DNA of 64,000 nucleotides, from NCBI RefSeq assembly GCF_009914755.1, contig NC_060925.1; one strand, 5' to 3'. This document shows positions 55,819-64,000 of the stretch, in pieces. Within the stretch, counting starts at the first letter, position 1. Every line of letters begins with the position of its first letter. Below the pieces are notes generated by a model. It saw nothing but the letters and a program-made list of their open reading frames with translations. It did not search any database and was not told where the DNA came from. The translations under genes and the position numbers were made by a program. The DNA is from the human T2T-CHM13v2.0 reference genome, Homo sapiens.

Positions 55819-58206
55819 TCATGAGCAATAGTACTTAAAGTAATTGATAGTTGGACAGGAATAATTGTGTAAGAGTATGGGATGCAGGGCATGTATGTGG
55901 TATACACAGACTTCTGGAGTCTGAGGACTATTCAGAGAACCCAGTGCTGCTGAAGATTTATATTGGGAGAGGTCATTGGTCAATAGGAGGCTTAGTTCAG
56001 TCTTTGGGCACTGGAGACAAGGAATAAAAAGGGATATAGAAACGTGAAGAACAGCAAAGGGAAAATTTACTTATTTCAAAACTTTGTTCTTCACCTTATA
56101 ATCATATATCCAGACAGGCATAGAAAAGTCTTGCCATTTTGGGAGGCTAAGTTTCTGTTTTGTTCTTTAGATTTTAAGTTCTGACAGCTGCATGCATCTC
56201 CTTTTAAGTTAGACTACTTCATATACAGGGCTACTAACATATGCCTTATTAGATGTATTTCATTATTATTACTAGAAAAGGTATCTGATGAAATTGTGAT
56301 ATATGCCAGCCACTATTTAAAATAATATAGTGCCTGAATGCAAATTTAATCAATGTGCCTGTGCATGTGTGTTTATAAGGTATAAAGTTGCACAACAAAA
56401 CTTCACTAGTCAGAGAAAAAAAATCAGTGCTCAGAGAACAAGGAGAAAACAAGGACCATTAGTAAACTCATCAGTCTGTACTTGAGTTTTAAAACAAACT
56501 CCAAATGGAGGAATAGCCAAATATATTTTTAAGACCTGGAGGCAAAACATTTTTATGTTGAGATATTTTTGAAAATACCATCTTTCAGTTACTGTTAAAA
56601 TATTTTTGATCTTTAAATATCTTTTAGACATTTGTATATTTTGTTCATAAAACAGTGCATATATACTCTTATTTTTTGTTCTGTCTTTTAGCTGCAGTAA
56701 TTCTAAGCAACATCTAGAGTCACATCATTTGCTTTTGTAGAATTATAATATCAAAGGATTAGGAAGAAATAATATAATATTAAGGGAAAAGGAAAATCTT
56801 CCTTATAAATTCTATTTCTACCTTGAAAGATAATTTTGTTTAGTATGGTAAAACTCTAGTTTGTCCCATTTATATTACTTGAATTTAAATAAACCAATAT
56901 TGCCATTATAATCATCATCATCACTATTTATCTTACCAGACAGGGCAAGCTTTATGCATTATGTCTCTGGTACTAACAACAGTCCAAGGAAATAGATGAG
57001 GACAATAGGCCCAGATACATTAACAATCTTCTTGTGGTCACTAGTTGGTATGTGGCAGAGCTAGGACTTGAAACCAAATCTGGCTGATCCTCTTAACCAT
57101 TATTCCTAGTACATATATAAATACATGCATACAAACATATGCCTACATAGTATAATTAATAATGCAATTATAATTTATTAAAATTAATTGGCAACATTTA
57201 TTGAGCACTTATTTATTGAGATAGGACTCTGAGTCTGATGTTTTTTCTATAATAATGTACTCTATATTACCAATGAGCTCTATGATCATGATTTTTAGAG
57301 GTGCCTTCAAGAATATCAGTCACCATTCCATTCTTTAGCACAGTACAACTTCCTCTGGCTTAATAGCTAAGTTCTTCTTGTGCTACTTTATTTTGTTTCC
57401 TAGATAATAAACATGAATTTGCTTTTAGTGAAGACAGAATCATGTTTCTTTGGAGATTCAGTCTTCATTTATCAATTACATTTTATAAGGAAAGATTACA
57501 TTCACAATGCAACTTTTCCATCCCTATAAAATGAAATCAGCCATATTCCTTTGAATATCACTCTTTTCTCTTTTATGTTCATTCCTTCATTCATTGCACT
57601 AATATTTCCTGAGCACATATAATGTACCATGTCTGATTCTAGGACCAAATTGGGCAGTGAACAGACATGATAAAGTTCCTACAGTTGCAAGGTTTTCATT
57701 TCGGTGCATAAAGAGAGACAACAAATGAATAAGTCAAGAAATCAACACTATTTCAGGTAGTAACAAGCACCGTGAAGAAACAAAAGGAAGAAAAAGAAGT
57801 AGAAATTTATGAAGCAAGGTGGAGGTGATATTTTGGCTCTCTTGCTCCAACCTTCTAATTTATTTATATGGAATGTTGCTTGCATGGAGTCTAAGTAAGT
57901 ATGAACCGTGTCATCTGTGAGTCTCCAGGATCTTCTTAAACATGTATTTCTTTTTTTGTAGCCTTCAGAGTTCCATGTTCTCTTAACTTTGAAATGCTGT
58001 GAGTAATATAATTTAAAACGAAAATGCACATAGGGAAGTGAAATAGAAAAATTGCAATGTCTTATTGCTGTCCAAAGGAACATACTTTTAACGATATTTC
58101 AATGCTCATAAAAAATAAACAACCAGGACTTCAGGTTTTTCCACCTATGAGTTACTTAACTGGTATCCCATGTTCCACATAAGGACAATCTGTGGCTAGA
58201 AATTCT

Positions 58207-58253
58207 CGTGTGTGTGTGTGTGCACGTGCATGCGTGTGTGTGTCTGTGTGTGT
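58207..58253. repeat. Imperfect (TG)n alternating purine-pyrimidine tract
   Basis: Read directly. Confidence 0.9.
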
Positions 58254-59455
58254 GACTGCATTATGTGACTGCTTGACTATGGTTAGAATGTGGATTTGGC
58301 CCCAAGTTCAGAAGGGAGCACTGAGATTGTTTTAAGGTTATTGATTTTAAAGATGGCAAGGGAAAAATTCTGGGCCATTATATTCCTCAGTCCTAAAGTA
58401 AGAAATCTGTCATAAGGAAAGTGGATTCAATAGCATCTAAACAGGTTGAGAGATTGATGGAGAAGTGCCTAGAAAACCATGAACAATGGGTCGGAGTGGT
58501 ACACCATTCCAACTAGGGATGGCATTTGAATGGTGTCATTAATGTGCAATAATCTATGAGCAATGGATCTAGAGCCAACATGAACCATAATGATTCACAG
58601 AAGTGAAAACACTCATCCCCAGGTGCAAAATCACCATTCCTTAACAAATCTATCCAGTAACTCCAGATGTTTGTATTGAAAGTCGCTTATAATTAATGTA
58701 ACTTTTCCAGTTCTTAATAGCCTCCATCCACATACGGGCTTATTTAAAACAACTTAGGTTTACTCATTTTTACTGAAAAACATTCGTTTTATCTCTGTTA
58801 ATTTAAATTTTATAAAGGGAGATATGATTTGTTGAGATTTTTATTAACTTAAAACATTAGGCTTTTAGTTTAAGCTCAAATCATGATGTGTAAATTAATG
58901 TACATTCCCAGAGAAAAACATTACATAAGATTTCGTAGGAGAAAGGGTTTCATAGAAGAAGGACAGAAGGGGATTTATAAAGGATCCAGATATCCAAGAA
59001 TGTTAATTGCCATAAAATGAAAAAATTAATAGTAACTAAAGATCATTATTTTTAAATACTCAGGATATTAATTTTTTAAAACTCTCATTTTTGAAATATT
59101 TGGAGAAAAATGTTTAATGTATAAAGTAAGCAGCGGTACATTTGTTCCTAATTTGAATGTTTTCCCATGGAGATTTAGCCTATCTTTTATACATACAAAT
59201 ACAAGCTGCCAGGAATCCCCAGGCATTAAAGAGGATTCGAGTAAACTTCAACATGGGGGTGAAGCTCATAACCATGACATTGAAAGTCCTGAGAATACAT
59301 CCTCAGAGCCCAATATGAAAAAAAAAAAAAATCTAAAAACATATAACCTTAGGATTTTTAGTGAAATACTGAAATGAAGAGAATTACTTATAAAGTAATA
59401 AGCCATTCAAAATTTTGTCTTGGAAAACACTAAAAGGGAAACTAAATATCATTAA

Positions 59456-59460
<5 letters not shown>

Positions 59461-59488
<28 letters not shown>
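59461..59488. repeat. (AC)14 microsatellite
   Basis: Read directly. Confidence 0.97.
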
Positions 59489-62049
59489 CCCTTCTTATTG
59501 TCATGTTCTGAAAAAGTGTAGAAAAATAAAAGCCAGTTAGAATGTAAAATTGTCATGTTTATGAGAGAATGGCACTAGAAATGTGGTTACAAGGAGGTTT
59601 GTATTAAAGAATGTTAAACCTGAAATGACTAAATCAACAGTTATAATAAAAGGCTATTGGAAAATCTTCTCTCCTTAAAGATCTCTCTAGAAATTTGTTT
59701 TAACAAGCTTGTCACTGATTGACATGGTACAAGTGCAAGGTTTTAGTCTTCTGATTTTTAACTAAGTTTTGATATTGAATAAGATAATGCCTTTAAAGAT
59801 ATTTTTGCTAATTAACCAATCTTATATGAATATTAAAATTGTAGAAGTATATTTTATATTTAGAGTAAAGGTGTAATTTTTGAAGCTTAAAAATGAAAAC
59901 AAAAGAAGAGGTAAAGAATATTTACAATATAATGTATTTAATAAATTATAATTAATGCCTATCACCGCCTTTATTTATCAACTCTTATTAAAGATCTACT
60001 TTGAACATTAAAAATTATTTGAAATTCAATTCTCATATGAAAAATGGTACAACTCTGAACCCAGCAGATGTACAATCTTGGAAGAATGAAGAGTCCTAAC
60101 AAATACTTTTTATTTTGTTGGTAAATTCTAAAAGACTGATGATTAGAGAGTTACAGAGGCACAGTGTTTGGCATGCTAGCTTTGACTTTTGGTTATCAAG
60201 GAAACTTTTCTGTGGAGAAAGTGACACTGAGATGAACTTGGGGTATGGCTAAGGACTTGGGCAAATGAAAGAGGGGGCAGACAATAAGTCTAAGAAAAAA
60301 GAATAGTAGTAAATCCAGAAGCAGTAGAAAGTTTATTTTTTATCATGTTATGTTGCCATATAATCATGGCAGTTTAAAACTTAAGTAGAATAAATTAGTT
60401 ATTCTAATATTTACTGAGTAACTAGGATGCACCCAGCACCATGCTAGATACTGGGGAGATATAGAGATTCTGTAAAATTCTGCCCCCATTATCAAGAAAG
60501 TTACTTACTAAATGGAAACAATAGGTCACTTCAAGAAAAAAATGTTAGAATAATAGAAGCAAAGTTTAATTGAATCAAAGCAACTGAGGCTTTGTGCTGT
60601 ATTGCAGGGAAGCTTTTCTGGATTACAGGAAGGTGTTTCTCTTTACGTTTTAGTAGGTAGAAGATGTTTTTTCCATTTCTTAAGTCTGATGTTTTGTTGT
60701 ATACTCTGCTAATATGAGTATATAGAGAATATGAGAAACATACTCTGTGTCTAGAAGGCAACTTGTAGTCTGGGGCTGGGGGAGAGTGTTTTTTCTATCT
60801 CACTTGGTCTCGTTGCTGTTTACTTTTTCACTTGCTGCTGAATTTTTCACAATACCTATATCAAATAGTCTTTCTCATTTTGTGAACCTGGAAGCAGAGA
60901 CGGAGCACATGATAGCTCATGATCTTTACATTTGAATCACTGTTAGAAAAATAAAGCTAAGATAAAAATAAAGCTAAGTTACAAACATATTTGTACCTGC
61001 AACAGTTCTGCCACGTAGTTTGGAAGAGAACTTGCCATCTACTTATGGGTTGAATCCAACTTTATTTTAAACCAACTTTATTAAAAATCTACTTTTAACA
61101 TTAAAAATTATTTGAAATTCAATTCCAATATGAAAAATGGTACAACTCTGATGGTTGACTGAGTTCATTATTAGGGACTAATAATAAAAACAATTTCTCT
61201 TTATACTAAAAAGATGTCAAATCTAGACATGTCCTCAATCTATTCATTGACTAATGGGTCTATCTTACTGTCAAACCTGCTTCTAGTTAGGTATAGACAT
61301 GGTGAAAATGTGATATGAATATTATTTGAAACATTACTACCTTTAGTAGAAGTATCAATCTACTTTTCAACCCAATTCCATAGTAACTATTATTCAAGCA
61401 GCCTAGGAAAGTTAAATTATGATCACAAAAAGGCGTAATTTGTCACTCAAATTATTTTATAGTCCTTTGGGTTTTGGTAAGGTTGAATGGTCAGTGGCTC
61501 TGGCTGGTGGATATCAATGACCTAATTGGAAATTGTTAGATGATGAACAAATAGGTAAGACTTATGTCTTCTCCTGGATATGATAATTGAACTGAGGGGA
61601 ATTCCTGGAGCAAAAAGATTAGATAGGTTAGAACTAATAGTGAAGGAAACTCTGTTTTCCAGTTTATTCCAACTTAACTCTAAGGACATAAAACTTCAAT
61701 TTGCTGGTTGAGCAAAGGTCATGAGGTGATGCGCAAGCAATGTTACAGTCAGAATGCAAGGTGTCTGGAGTGGATATCAGTTATAACCCAAAAGCTTAGG
61801 GTTAGAATGTAATAACTTAAAGTATCAACAGCAAATTTGTACCTGTGCTCAAAATATATCTTGGAAAAAATGGTTTCTTTGCTAAGAGGTCTGCTAGTAA
61901 GATATATGCATTGGAGACTGGTAGACTACCATAACTGTGATAGCTGAAGTTAACGTCTTCTTTTTTCTTCCCAAGGCTAATTGTTATTAAAAACTTATTT
62001 AAAATTAACCATAATTATTCACATAGACTTCATTATACATTTTTCTCAT

Positions 62050-63030
62050 TTGTTCATCATTTGTTCATTTATTCTTTCATTGAAGATAAATTTATTCAGT
62101 TTCAACTATCTAAATCAGAACTAGAGATACGGCATGAATCCGATAGACTCAATTCCAGGTCTTGTGAAGCTCATATTAAAGAAGAACACATAGACAAAAC
62201 AATTAATTACAAAAATAGCCACTAACTTACAATTTTGTTCGGAGGTATCAAAGAGCAGTTAAGAGTACTAGGAGAGTAACTGGGGAATCTGATAGAACCT
62301 GAGATTAGGAAAGGTTTCCTTGAGACACCGAATTCAACAGATTCCTAAAGGATGAAGATGCATGAATAAAAAAGGAAGTAGAAATTACTGAAAAAAGTTC
62401 TGTGGGTATAGAAAGTAGGATGTACAAATACAAGACAACTGAAGCAGATGTCTTGAAGAAAGCCAGAGTCTTAGGAGATTGGGATTAATAGAGATAATGG
62501 AATATGATAGGCTGGTAAGAAAGTCCCTGCTATGCTGTGTTTTCTATTAATATGCTAAGATCACGGTCTTTATCTTAAGAACAATGGGAGGACATTATAG
62601 GGTTTTAAACAAAGATTGACATAGCCATTTTTCATTTTAGCAAGATTGTCTGGAGGCAATGTGAAGATTATTCTGGATTGGAAAATGAGAATAATGAATA
62701 AGGAAGACTGTGGAACTATTTCTGTAATTCGAAGAAGCTACAATAGAACCTTGAAACAAGATGGTGGCAGTAAAGCTGAAGAAAATAAACAGAGATGAGA
62801 AATGGAGAGATATTTAAGAGGTAAAATGTATGAAATTTGATGATTAATAGAAAATGCAGGTGTGAGAGGATGGTTTCAAAACCTCCCATATTTGTGGGTT
62901 TTGAATTTTGGCACTGTGGTACCATTTATTGATAAATAGTGCAGATGGAACAATTTGGGAAGTAATCACTGATAAACTTGAGCAAGTTAATGATAGGTGA
63001 ACATGTTATATTTTAACAAAGTGGATGGAG
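62050..63030 (-). mobile_element. LINE-2 fragment including the 3' end
   Basis: (TCAT)-like tail, cttgtgaagctcatatt, tttatcttaagaacaatgggaggacattatagggttttaaaca, cattttagcaagattgtctggaggcaatgtgaaga. Confidence 0.75.
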
Positions 63031-64000
63031 CACAATCACCCTGCTTTGATAGACCCAGGCACTGACCAACATGTTTCACATATTTCTCCTTTTATGGATA
63101 AAGTAACTGAGTACAGCATAGTCTATAAAGTAAAGATAGCTTTCTGTTTTATAAAGAAATATTTTCCTACTCTACTTCCTTCACCATTCACTCATTCATT
63201 TCTCGATAATTCATCACATACATATTGGACAACTTATGTGTTACTGATTTATCCTGGGTGCTTGAGATATGGGAATGATCAAGGCAGACTCAGACCTGGG
63301 CCATTTTGACCTTTCAAACTTTCTAATGTGAAGGTATTTAGAATGTACCAGGAAGAAAAATGACACAACCATTCTTTAGGCAATTTGATATGTCATGAGT
63401 TACTAAAAATGTTAATATTCTAAAACAATAATTTACTTTCTAAGAATACTTTTTTTAAATATCGGAGCTAAGTAAAAAATTCTCTATATTTATGAATGTT
63501 TTTCAGTGCACTTTATAACAGGAAAAAGGTCAGAAACTTCTTAATGACCAAAAATGGACATTATCACAACATATGATACATTCATACAATATTCTCCACT
63601 CATTAATATGGTATTATAGAAAAACATTTTCAGATATGGAAAAATGATTTTATTATATTGCTTACTACAAAAAATATGTACATATGATTCTCACTTTGTA
63701 AAAAAAGTAAAAGGTAAATATTGATACACGTGTGACTGAGCCTGGAAATACATACTTTGAAATACTTTTGGGTGATATTTTGGTGATTCCTCTTTGTGCT
63801 CTTCTCTGCCCTCTGAATTTTCTACAATAATTATGTATTCCTTTGTAAACAATAGAAATATCCAATCAATATAAATATTACACATCAATTTTGTTGTCGT
63901 TCTTGAAAACCTTTTATAGTGCGTATAATTATTTCTGAGTTAAAACAAAAGTGTGTGTATGTGTGTGGGTTTAGAAAGGGTGGCTATAAAACCATCTTGA

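Overview
This is AT-rich, CpG-depleted primate (very probably human) non-coding DNA from a long intron or gene desert. I see no CpG island, tRNA, rRNA, snRNA or CRISPR array, and no recognisable host protein-coding exon. The only long ORF (19299-21344, 681 aa) is the C-terminal part of ORF2 from a 5'-truncated L1PA3/4-like LINE-1. The window is mostly layered transposon fossils: an older antisense L1PA carrying a nested Alu, a two-LTR THE1D element, an internally deleted two-LTR THE1A inside an MLT1 LTR, MER50 nested in MER57, several Alus (including a directly abutting inverted pair), MER20/MER58A/MER5A/MER47C MITEs, and many MIR/L2/L1M/MLT1 relics. Repeat family names come from recalled consensus motifs, not a database search. 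I cannot support a new biological system. The best leads are a minus-strand recursive-splice-like AG|GTAAGA site with an RBFOX motif (~1418), a perfect 130-bp tandem duplication (34944-35203), two ~70-80-bp dispersed duplications with junction stutters, an ARE + ATF4/CEBP motif cluster (~44 kb), and motif gains or retention in THE1 LTRs. I could not identify the host locus.
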